Notes under the pieces: model-generated
Database searches by the model: none
The model's input: only the letters and a program-made list of their open reading frames with translations
Told to the model about the DNA's origin: nothing
Translations under genes and position numbers: made by a program
Part shown: piece after piece, positions 11,668 through 19,996 of the stretch
Numbering within the stretch: position 1 is the stretch's first letter
Layout: every line of letters starts with the position of its first letter
Assembly: GCA_038209995.1 (NCBI GenBank)
Contig: JBBQXD010000012.1
Span: forward strand, 1,514-65,513
Length of the DNA: 64,000 nucleotides
DNA from: Candidatus Limnocylindria bacterium
GTDB lineage: Bacteria; Chloroflexota; Limnocylindria; QHBO01
Direction: 5' to 3'

Positions 11668-12416
11668 GGCGCGGCAGCCCCGTCCACGACCCGACCGTCG
11701 CGGAGCTCGATGATCCGATCCGCCGCCTGGGCGATCTCGCGGTCGTGCGTGACGAGGACAACGGTGGTGCCATCGGTGACGTGGGTCTCGCGCAGCAGCT
11801 GGAGCACGACGCTCGCGCTCGCGCGGTCGAGCTCGCCGGTGATCTCATCGGCCAGCAGCACGGCGGGCCGGGCCGCGATGACGCAGCCGAGCGCGGCGCG
11901 CTGCTGCTCGCCGCCGGAGAGCTGGGACGGCCGGTGGTCCGCGCGGTGCCCGAGCCCAACCCGCTGGAGGGCAGCGCGCACGGCGGTCGTGTCGAGCGGC
12001 CGACTGCAGAGCCAGGTCGCCAGCCGCACGTTCTCCACGAGCGACAGCATCGGCGCGAGATTCTGGCTCTGATACACGATGCCGATCTCGCGACCCCGAA
12101 GGGTGGCGCGCGTCATGTCGTCCGCCGTGGCGAGGTCTCGTCCGAGAAACTGGACGCGACCGGCGGTGGGTCGGTCGGAGCCGGCGAGCAGGTTGAGCAG
12201 CGTGCTCTTGCCCGAGCCCGAGCGCCCGACCACAGCCACGAACTCGCCGCGCGCGATGGCCAGGTCGACGCCCCGCAGGGCGATCGTCTCGACATCCGCC
12301 TCGCGATAGACGCGAATCACGTCGTTAAGTTGATAGATCGGACCGTCGGCCGCGCGCACATCGGCCGGGCCGCCGATCGTCCGCCGTCGGGGACGCTGGT
12401 GGGTGGTCACGTCCAT
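11664..12416 (-). CDS. second ABC transporter ATP-binding protein
   Basis: Walker [13 protein letters not shown], signature [16 protein letters not shown], Walker [13 protein letters not shown]. 4-nt overlap with the downstream ATPase gene. Confidence 0.9.
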   Translation of the reverse strand: MDVTTHQRPRRRTIGGPADVRAADGPIYQLNDVIRVYREADVETIALRGVDLAIARGEFVAVVGRSGSGKSTLLNLLAGSDRPTAGRVQFLGRDLATADDMTRATLRGREIGIVYQSQNLAPMLSLVENVRLATWLCSRPLDTTAVRAALQRVGLGHRADHRPSQLSGGEQQRAALGCVIAARPAVLLADEITGELDRASASVVLQLLRETHVTDGTTVVLVTHDREIAQAADRIIELRDGRVVDGAAAP

Positions 12417-13036
12417 CGGAGGCTCTCGATCATCTGGCGGAAAGCGTCGACGTTGTCCACGCCCTTCGGGGTGGCGAGCGAGACGATGGCAAGTCCGCGC
12501 GGGCCGGGGACGTAGTAACGGTCCGCGACGGAGGGCACCTGCTTGCCGGTCACCGGGTCGGGCGGCGAGAGGATCTCGTACGACAGGTGGATCAGGGCCT
12601 GGCCGTTGACGGGCACGGTGTCCTGCTTCAGGAGGCGGAACCCCGGCTCCGCGCCGAGTGCGGGCAGGTCGGTCCCAGAGACATAGGCTGCGACGTCAGA
12701 CGGAGCGGAAACGACCCGGATGACCTCGCTGCTGTCCTTGTCGCGGATCTCCACGCCGTCGGCGGTCGGCGAGACCTGCCAGCCCTCGACGTACTGGACG
12801 GAGAAGCCGTGCGCCTGGTTGGTGTGGGTCACGAAGACCGCGTTGTCGGGCACGTCACCGCTGGTGGTCCCGCCTCCCACGTCCTCGCTGGCGGAGGCGA
12901 TGCCGGATCCGGCCGCCACGCTGGACGTGGGGCTGGCGCTGGTTCCGAACGCGCAACCGGCAAGCGTGGCGGCGAGGACCGCGCACACCAGGAGCGAAGG
13001 CGTGCTGCGCAGGTGTCTGAATGGAAGCTTCGTCAT
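12407..13036 (-). CDS. lipoprotein of unknown function
   Basis: Signal peptide with lipobox LAATLAGCAFG. First gene of the ABC operon, overlapping the next gene by 10 nt. Start taken at MTKLPF (13036). Confidence 0.6.
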   Translation of the reverse strand: MTKLPFRHLRSTPSLLVCAVLAATLAGCAFGTSASPTSSVAAGSGIASASEDVGGGTTSGDVPDNAVFVTHTNQAHGFSVQYVEGWQVSPTADGVEIRDKDSSEVIRVVSAPSDVAAYVSGTDLPALGAEPGFRLLKQDTVPVNGQALIHLSYEILSPPDPVTGKQVPSVADRYYVPGPRGLAIVSLATPKGVDNVDAFRQMIESLRWT

Positions 13037-13140
13037 CTCAGCCTCGTGCTGGCCCACAGGAGCGGGGTGTCGTGCACCGGTGTACCCGCCCGACCTGAGC
13101 GCGACCTGAAGCGGCCTGTCGGCGGCGGCGGCGCGAGGCC

Positions 13141-14100
13141 CTAGCTGAAGCGCGGCAGGGAGAGCCGGAACCGGGCGCCAGACCCAGAACGCGACGAGAC
13201 CGTCAGGACTCCGCCATACCGATGCGCGAGCTCCGACGCGATCGCGAGCCCCAGCCCTGATCCGGGTGGCGCGGATGCATCCGCACGGACCCGGTAGAAC
13301 GCCTCGAAGATCCGCTCACCGTCCGCAATGGCGATGCCGGGCCCGTGATCGGCCACCTCGACGACGGCCATCCCCTCGCTCGCGAAGGTCCGCACCTCGA
13401 GCGGCTCGCGACCGTGGCGCACGGCGTTGTCGAGGAGGTTGCCGACGATGCGCGCCAGCCCGGCGCCGTCGGCGCGGGTGACGAGGTCCTCCGCCAGCGA
13501 GAGCAGCACGGTGCGCCGGACGTTGCCACTCGCCGCCTGGAAACGCTCCACCTCCTCGGCGACGACGACCGACAGGTCGACCGGCTCGAGGGGAGATGCC
13601 AGCACTCCCTCCTCGGTGCGAGCCAGCACGAGGAGGTCGCTCGTCAGTCGTCCCAGCCCGGCCGACGCATCAAGGATCGTTGCGAGGGCCTGCCGGCTGG
13701 TCGCGGGGTCGGCGGTCGGAGAGAGCGCCGCCTCCGCCGTGCTCTGGATCGCGGTGAGGGGACCGCGCATCTCGTGCGACGCATCGGCCACGAATCGGCG
13801 CTGGCGATCGTGTGCCTCCCGAATCGGTCGCAGGGTGCGATCCGCGAGGTAGTAGCCGGCCGCGCCGAGGACGGCGAGGACCGCGACGTCGGCAATGACC
13901 AGCGCCGCCGCGATGCGCTCCAGGGTCTGGCCATACGCGATGCGCGCCGCCTCCGCGTTCGAGACTTCGGGAGCGATGTCGAAGGCGGGTTGCAGGACTG
14001 CGGCCAGGACCACGAAGAAGACGAGGCTGAACGACAGCAGCGCGACCGTGAACAGGACGAGGTAGCGGACCGCGAGTCGCCGGCGCGCCCGGGCGAACAC
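13141..14100 (-). CDS. compact sensor histidine kinase with short extracytoplasmic loop (BceS-like architecture)
   Basis: Two N-terminal TM helices separated by ~27 aa. A short linker leads directly to the H-box FVADASHEMRGPLTAI. DHGPGIA, GSGLGLAIASELAHRYGG. Confidence 0.9.
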   Translation of the reverse strand: MFARARRRLAVRYLVLFTVALLSFSLVFFVVLAAVLQPAFDIAPEVSNAEAARIAYGQTLERIAAALVIADVAVLAVLGAAGYYLADRTLRPIREAHDRQRRFVADASHEMRGPLTAIQSTAEAALSPTADPATSRQALATILDASAGLGRLTSDLLVLARTEEGVLASPLEPVDLSVVVAEEVERFQAASGNVRRTVLLSLAEDLVTRADGAGLARIVGNLLDNAVRHGREPLEVRTFASEGMAVVEVADHGPGIAIADGERIFEAFYRVRADASAPPGSGLGLAIASELAHRYGGVLTVSSRSGSGARFRLSLPRFS

Positions 14101-14101
14101 G

Positions 14102-14788
14102 CTAGCCCGTCTCCTGGCCGTCGGGACGGAGGCGATAGCCCGCGCCGCGGATCGTCTCGATCAAGCCGTCCCGACGACCGCCGTCGATCTTGCGGCGGAG
14201 GCTCCGCACGTAGACCTCGACCACGTTCGACTCAGCGGCGAAGTCGGCATCCCAGACGGCCTGGATGAGGCGCTCCTGGGAGAACACCTGCCCCGGGTGG
14301 CGCGCCAGCACCTCCAGCAGCGCGAACTCCTTGCTCGTGAGGCGGATCCCGTGGCCGGCCCGGCGGACCTCCCGCGCCGCGGGGTCCAGCTCGAGGTCGC
14401 CGATCCGCACCACCGGCGCCGCGACCCCAACCCCTCGGCGGCGGAGCGCGCGCACCCGCGCGAGCAGCTCTGCGGCCGCGAAGGGCTTGGCGAGATAGTC
14501 GTCCGCTCCCGCATCGAGCCCCCTGACCCGATCATCGATCGCGTCGAGCGCGGTGAGCATCAGGATCGGCACCTTCGAGGCCCGCGCCCGCAACGCCCGA
14601 CAGACGCTCACGCCATCCATGCCGGGAAGGATGACGTCGAGGATCACGAGGTCATACGGGTAAACCTCCACCCACGCCAGCGCATCCGAGCCGTCGTCGG
14701 TGAGGTCCGCGGCATGTCCGGCGGTCTCGAGGATGGAGCGGATCGCCGCTGCGATGGCCCGGTCGTCTTCGACCACGAGAATCCGCAT
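14102..14788 (-). CDS. OmpR-family response regulator
   Basis: MRILVVEDDRAIAA, DLVILDVILPGMDG, AKPFAAAELLARV, ETIRGAGYRLR. Its stop abuts the kinase start. Confidence 0.9.
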   Translation of the reverse strand: MRILVVEDDRAIAAAIRSILETAGHAADLTDDGSDALAWVEVYPYDLVILDVILPGMDGVSVCRALRARASKVPILMLTALDAIDDRVRGLDAGADDYLAKPFAAAELLARVRALRRRGVGVAAPVVRIGDLELDPAAREVRRAGHGIRLTSKEFALLEVLARHPGQVFSQERLIQAVWDADFAAESNVVEVYVRSLRRKIDGGRRDGLIETIRGAGYRLRPDGQETG

Positions 14789-15138
14789 CGTCAGCGAGTT
14801 CCGCTGCCGACGATGTGGGGCACGAGGTCGCGCGATGATGGCATTCGGTCAAGGATAGGTCGCGGGCTGAACGCCACGTGAAAGGCGCCGGGCGGCACAC
14901 TGGGCGCGGAGGTGCCGCAACGGGGCGCGACGTATCGCTCATCTGGCGACGGAGCCGAGGCTTGGTCGTCATATGCGCGGTCTGTCGGTCCCCCCGGAGC
15001 GTGTGCACCGACCTGCGGCGCCGGTCAGGCTGGTTGGAACCGATCCATCGTCCATGTGACGACGGAGCGCTTGCTCGGTCGTCGTTCGGGCGCCAGGGCG
15101 ATCACGGCGCCGTGGCGATCACCGGGCGGCCAGCGCGG

Positions 15139-16236
15139 TCACCGGCGCGGGAAGGCGTGGCGCCGCAGCACCCGCAGGGTCATCCACACGGCGGACAACG
15201 CCGCGAGGCCGCCCGGCACGAAGAGGTCCGAGGATCCGCGCCCTGCCGGCGCACTGACCGATGCATTCGGCAACGTCGTGGGCGGCGGCACTGGCGCAGC
15301 GCAGCCGGCCACGGCAGCGGCCACGATCGTGCCGGGCGCATCGGCGACAACCTCGATGTGCATCCCACCTCGCACGCCCGAAGGGACCGAGGCAGCGGCC
15401 GTGAGCGGGAGCCCGTCAACCGTCACCATGCCGGCCGCCCCGGACCGGACGGCGCCGCAATGATCGAAGCCAACGGTCGCCTCTGCTGAGCTGACGATGT
15501 TGCCGGTGCTGGTATCGACGGTGCCGGCTGAGCGGATATCGGCGCACACAGCGTCGCCCGCGGTTTCGGCGATCGTCTCAGCTGCCAGGCCGTTCGCCGC
15601 GAGGACCCCGCTCGGGACCGTCGCAGGACCGATGTCCACGCTGCCATCCGGATGCGCAACCGGGTCGCCGCACACGCTCGTCGTCCCGCTGAACGCGGTG
15701 ATGACCCCGGCGGTGGTGTCGACCGTGAACGTCACGCAAACCTGGTCGCCGGTCGCGAACGACACGCCGAACAGGGCTTTGAACGCGACCTCGCTGTCCA
15801 CCAGGGCCGTCGGAATGATGAAGGCGCGCGCCACCACGTAGAAGTTGCCCGATGAATCGAGCTCCACCGTGCCGCAGACGGTGCCGCTCGGAGCGAAATC
15901 CAGCGAGGTGATGACGCCACCTGCGTCGGCGGTGATGCTGAGGCAGGTCGGCGAGGTGTTCAGGAGCGTCGGCACGCTCGCCGTAACGGCGGCAGAGATC
16001 GTGGCAGCGGCGGCGATCGTCTCAACCTGGTCAAGCCCGATCGTGATCGTCCCGTCGGTCGGGCCGGCGGGGTCAGGCGCGGTGTAGCTCGTGATCACGC
16101 CACAGGTGACTCCATCGGTCGCAGCCAGGCTGGGCGTGGTCGCGATCGGCAGCATCACGGAGCCGGCGAGCAGGAATGCGATACCGGCGAGGCGAGGCAT
16201 GGCGGAGAGGTGACGCAGCATGGGGGTCTCGATCAA
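15139..16236 (-). CDS. secreted Thr/Gly/Val-rich, Cys-containing repeat protein with C-terminal hydrophobic anchor
   Basis: N-terminal signal (RLAGIAFLLAGSVMLPIATTPSLAA). Recurring xxC-G/x segments (VTCGVIT, PTCLSIT, TVCGTVE, QVCVTFT, SVCGDPV, AVCADIR, DHCGAVR). C-terminus is LPNAS + spacer + LFVPGGLAALSAVWMTLRVL + RRHAFPRR. Confidence 0.6.
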   Translation of the reverse strand: MIETPMLRHLSAMPRLAGIAFLLAGSVMLPIATTPSLAATDGVTCGVITSYTAPDPAGPTDGTITIGLDQVETIAAAATISAAVTASVPTLLNTSPTCLSITADAGGVITSLDFAPSGTVCGTVELDSSGNFYVVARAFIIPTALVDSEVAFKALFGVSFATGDQVCVTFTVDTTAGVITAFSGTTSVCGDPVAHPDGSVDIGPATVPSGVLAANGLAAETIAETAGDAVCADIRSAGTVDTSTGNIVSSAEATVGFDHCGAVRSGAAGMVTVDGLPLTAAASVPSGVRGGMHIEVVADAPGTIVAAAVAGCAAPVPPPTTLPNASVSAPAGRGSSDLFVPGGLAALSAVWMTLRVLRRHAFPRR

Positions 16237-16363
16237 AGGGCGGTGTCGGCCGCCACTCTACCCCGGTGCCCCGGACGCTCACGCTCGGAACGCGCAGGTA
16301 CGATCGTCACCGTCCGAACGCGCAGCTGGCTGGAGGTGTGGCGGTCCGGCGCCGGCGAGACGG

Positions 16364-16762
16364 CTAACTGAGCAGCAGGATAGATGCGGTGTTCGTGGCG
16401 AAGCCGAGGAGCCCGAGGGCGGTGGCGGCGGCACCGCCCCAGACCAGGAGGCGAGGGTATCGGGCCGCGGTAGGCGCCAGCAGGCAGAGCGTGGCGACGA
16501 TGACCGCGGCCTTGACGATCAGGACGCCGGTGAGTCCGGAGGCGTTGTAGATCCCGGCCGCGAGCCCGTTGCTCTCGAGCTGGATGCCGAAGCGGCTCAC
16601 ACCGAGCGTGAAGGTGGCGGCATCGGCGAGCTGCGTCACGAGGAGGCCAAGCAGGATGTAGCGAGCGGTCGGCACGACGCGCTCAAATGCAGGATCCGCA
16701 CCCACCCGGACTCTCCCGGACCACTCCCCAGCGCCCGCCCTCCGGCTTCCAGCGCGTGCCAT
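16364..16762 (-). CDS. small multi-pass membrane protein (hypothetical)
   Basis: 132-aa ORF with 3-4 hydrophobic helices (YILLGLLVTQLADAATFTLGV, GVLIVKAAVIVATLCLLA, WGGAAATALGLLGFA). No family recognised. Confidence 0.45.
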   Translation of the reverse strand: MARAGSRRAGAGEWSGRVRVGADPAFERVVPTARYILLGLLVTQLADAATFTLGVSRFGIQLESNGLAAGIYNASGLTGVLIVKAAVIVATLCLLAPTAARYPRLLVWGGAAATALGLLGFATNTASILLLS

Positions 16763-17166
16763 CAGCGGCGCTCTGCCCGTAGGCTGAGGAAGAGCACCTC
16801 GAGATGGAGCGGACCTGTCAGAGCCACGCGATACCGATCGACCGTCTCGAGCTCGAGCGGCGGATGGGTTGCCGGCCGGTGGACAGCTTGAGTCCCACCA
16901 TGTCCCCTGCTACAGGAGCCCGATGCTAGGACTTTCGTACTCCCCCGCCTAGTACCTCGGGGGCCTCAAGTGCTCGAACGCACCACCGGAGTCGTTGGCG
17001 CCAACCATGCTTTCGTGATCCCGGGTGTTGTTCCCGTCGCCGCGATGCGGCCGGGCGGGACCGCGGGATGGCCCATCCGTCCCATGGTGCCCGAGCGCCG
17101 ATGGACACCATCCTCCCGACTCAGACGCCGCCTGCCCATGGGCGGCCAAGGATGGAGGGCATACCG

Positions 17167-17334
17167 ATGCCTGATCCGCAGCTGATCCTGATCGTGCTGC
17201 TGCTCGCGGCCGCCGTGATGTACGGCTACTTCTACTTCAAGCGCGCGCAGGCACGGACGGCGGACGCCGCCCCGATGTCGAGCCTCGCCTCTCGAGCACC
17301 AGCGGAGCCTCACGATCCTGCCGACGAGGACTAG
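17167..17334 (+). CDS. possible small single-pass membrane protein
   Basis: MPDPQLILIVLLLAAAVMYGYFYFKRAQ..., with GGAGGG 8-9 nt upstream of the ATG. Short ORF with no homology evidence. Confidence 0.35.
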   Translation: MPDPQLILIVLLLAAAVMYGYFYFKRAQARTADAAPMSSLASRAPAEPHDPADED

Positions 17335-17434
17335 TCTCGGCACGCCCGATCCCACCTCCGGTAGGGCGTCTGTCTTGGCGCTTTAGCGAGTCTTGCGCAA
17401 GAACCGGCGGCGCGGTCGGCTAGGCTCCCGCGCA

Positions 17435-18421
17435 ATGGACCTACGTGTGCTGCCCGCAGTGGTCCTTCTGACGACCGTTGCGCTAATCGCCTTCGGCGTG
17501 GCCCGACTAATCGAGCCTATCCAGTTGGCGAACATGTCCGATTGGATGAGCTACCACAACGGTGCGGCAAGGCTGGTTCTTGATGGCTCTCCGTACTCAG
17601 ACATGCAGTTCTCCGGCTACAAACTTGACCAAGCCGCGTGGGGCCGCGGGTTCGTCTATCCTCCGCCAGCCGCATTCCTGCTGTTCCCGACGCTTCTTGG
17701 CACTTGGACGTTCTGGGCGATCAACGCCGGCGCTGTGGTCTTTATTGGTGTTAGCGCACTAATCGCAGTCCGCGAAGGGCTGCCGTGGTACATGTGCGCG
17801 CTCGTGGCGGCGCTCGCATTCGCGCAACCCGGTCTCGCCGAGATCCGTGAAGGCCAACTCTCGCCGTGGATAGCTTCTGCCATAGGTCTCATGTGGCTGC
17901 GGAAATCTGCAGCAGGCTGGCTCTCAGTGTTGGCCGGCCTGATCAAGGTCTACCCGCTGCTAGGTCTGCTGTGGGCGTATCGACAACGCGCCGGGCTGCG
18001 TGGACCGCTTGCGCTTGCGCTGCTGTCCGTCGTCGTCCTCTTCCCGCTCTGGCTGGAGTGGGTTGCGGTGATGAGCAACGCACATGCAGGGTGTCCGAGT
18101 ATCTCGCTCCCGTCATTCACCTGCACCGCCGGTGCCGCGTGGCCGGGTTATGTAGCTGCGGCAGCGCTTGCGGTAGTAGCGCTTCGTGTTCGGTCTGATC
18201 GCGTCGCCTTTCTGGCTCTGTCATTGGCGATGATCGCGTCTGCGCCCGACATATACGTCGGGTATCTCCTGATTGTGTTCGTCGGGTTGCTGCCCACTCT
18301 TACGTTGCTGCTCGGCAAGATCGCGGCTATCCGCAACGGGAACCTGCCTCAGGCCACGGTGGATGACGAACGAAGCTCACCCACCCTCCCGCGTGCGTTT
18401 GAAGACATAACCACCAGCTAG
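17435..18421 (+). CDS. GT87/DUF2029-like polytopic membrane protein (putative polyprenyl-phosphate-sugar glycosyltransferase), lower-GC copy
   Basis: Shares the paralog motifs in order: DWMSYHNGAARLVLDGSPY, FVYPPPAAFLLFPTLL, LIKVYPLLGLLWAYRQR. About 9 TM helices. The ORF opens at TTG 17393; ATG at 17435. Confidence 0.65.
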   Translation: MDLRVLPAVVLLTTVALIAFGVARLIEPIQLANMSDWMSYHNGAARLVLDGSPYSDMQFSGYKLDQAAWGRGFVYPPPAAFLLFPTLLGTWTFWAINAGAVVFIGVSALIAVREGLPWYMCALVAALAFAQPGLAEIREGQLSPWIASAIGLMWLRKSAAGWLSVLAGLIKVYPLLGLLWAYRQRAGLRGPLALALLSVVVLFPLWLEWVAVMSNAHAGCPSISLPSFTCTAGAAWPGYVAAAALAVVALRVRSDRVAFLALSLAMIASAPDIYVGYLLIVFVGLLPTLTLLLGKIAAIRNGNLPQATVDDERSSPTLPRAFEDITTS

Positions 18422-19996
18422 CGCGACCTCGAGGCTGAATCGATAGTCGGATCGCAGGGACTCCACAAGAAGCGGGCAACAGTCTCCGTCCGTGATTCCC
18501 GGTCCAGGCCCTCGGGGAATGAATACGTAGTTAATTGACCGCTCCCAAGTGTCCGCCCAATGGACGAGACACTCGGCCGTGCCGTTTGAGCACGTCTCAA
18601 CCCCATCGGATGCGTCGACTGCAGCCCGCCAAGCGTCAGGGGTGGCAAACTCCAAGCCTTGAACCGTACCGACGCTTGATCTTCCCGCAAGAACCGGGAA
18701 CCACTCCGCAATGGCATCGACGGGCCAATCAGCACCAGTCACAACGAGAAATCGACTTCTCGCCGGAGTGTGGCCTTTAACCCATTCCATTGAATCCCGC
18801 TGCGGCCGAGAGACGCTGCTGAGCAGTCCGCCGGAAAGGTACGGGGCCCACAGGCTCACCAACACGCCTACGACACCAACGCTGAAGCTAGCCACCATTC
18901 GGCGGCGGGTTGACATTCTTCGCCCAAGTTCTTTTGCGGCAAGTGCGATCAACATTGCCAGCGGGGCCATCGCGTATGTGGGCGCGGCCCCGGGTACGAC
19001 GAGGAAGATGCTCACGAGCCACAGGGGAAGCCAGTACTTGCCTCGAGCAAGGCTAATAACGAGTCCCGCGCTACCGAAAATCGCGCCGATTGCAAAATAT
19101 GGCTCAGCCGTGAATCGAAAACTCAAGAGCAAGGCAAAAGCAAAGGGGAGCCAGAACCACCGAGATTGACCCGCAGCAAGCAGCGGCGCAGGTCCGTGGA
19201 CCACGATCACGTTGATCCACCATGGCGACGCGATGACAAGTCCGGCGACTGCAACCAGTGCTATGCGCCGGAGGGATGACATGCTGCGATCTCGGACGAG
19301 CCACGCAATTGCGAGCGTTACGAACACGAAACCGGCCCCCTCCAGATGAGACAGCAGCGTCAGTCCCGAGAACAGACTGCCGCCAATCCAATACGTCCGC
19401 TTCTGGTCTTGCAGGAGCCGTGTGATGAAGCCCACGGCGAGAAACGCGAACACCAGGCCCGGCGCTCTGGTGACTCCGCCTCCCGCTATAAGCCAAATCC
19501 ACGCGCGAGGAAGAACGGCCCAGGCGAACGTCGCAATAGAAGCGGACATTGGCCCAGTCCACGCGCGCGCCATGAAGTAAAACGCTGGCACCGATAGAAT
19601 CGCAAATGCCAGTGGAAGCACGCGGAGGGTTGTCTCTGGCCCGATGCCGACCACGGCGCGAATTACGGCGTCGAGATAGAGCCCAAACGGTGGATACGCG
19701 AATGGGATCCCGCCACCGTTGTAACTCGTGAATGCAGGCCAGGCGAGTTTTTTTGCAACGAGTTCCTGGCTCATTAGTGAGAAAAGCCCACCGTCATTCA
19801 AGATGAAGTCCGTGCCGAACACCGGCGCGCCCCGCACAATTACCCCGCATACCAGAGCGACAAAGAGGAGAAGACCGCCAGCGCGGGCAGCTTTCAACGG
19901 GTCCGCGACAACATCGGACCGCGTTAGCCGACGGTTGGCGGTAGTGTCAAACGCTTCGCCGGTCATCGTCGGCCGCCTCTTTTCGCTGGCGCTCAT
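18377..19996 (-). CDS. large GT-C-like polytopic membrane protein with C-terminal soluble domain, lower-GC copy
   Basis: FILNDGGLFSLMSQELVAKKLAWPAFTSYNGGGIPFAYPPFGLYLDA after TM1. More than 10 TM helices, then a ~150-aa C-terminal domain (YVFIPRGPGPGITDGDCCP). Paralog of the next gene. ATGA overlap with its stop at 19993-19996. Confidence 0.7.
   Translation of the reverse strand: MSASEKRRPTMTGEAFDTTANRRLTRSDVVADPLKAARAGGLLLFVALVCGVIVRGAPVFGTDFILNDGGLFSLMSQELVAKKLAWPAFTSYNGGGIPFAYPPFGLYLDAVIRAVVGIGPETTLRVLPLAFAILSVPAFYFMARAWTGPMSASIATFAWAVLPRAWIWLIAGGGVTRAPGLVFAFLAVGFITRLLQDQKRTYWIGGSLFSGLTLLSHLEGAGFVFVTLAIAWLVRDRSMSSLRRIALVAVAGLVIASPWWINVIVVHGPAPLLAAGQSRWFWLPFAFALLLSFRFTAEPYFAIGAIFGSAGLVISLARGKYWLPLWLVSIFLVVPGAAPTYAMAPLAMLIALAAKELGRRMSTRRRMVASFSVGVVGVLVSLWAPYLSGGLLSSVSRPQRDSMEWVKGHTPARSRFLVVTGADWPVDAIAEWFPVLAGRSSVGTVQGLEFATPDAWRAAVDASDGVETCSNGTAECLVHWADTWERSINYVFIPRGPGPGITDGDCCPLLVESLRSDYRFSLEVALAGGYVFKRTREGG

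Noticed and set aside
16762-17166. 400-bp gap before the lower-GC insert, examined for a riboswitch or small RNA
   Set aside because: It contains only short 6-bp stems (for example CCCCCG...CGGGGG and GCCGCC...GGCGGC) and no recognisable riboswitch core. The evidence is insufficient.
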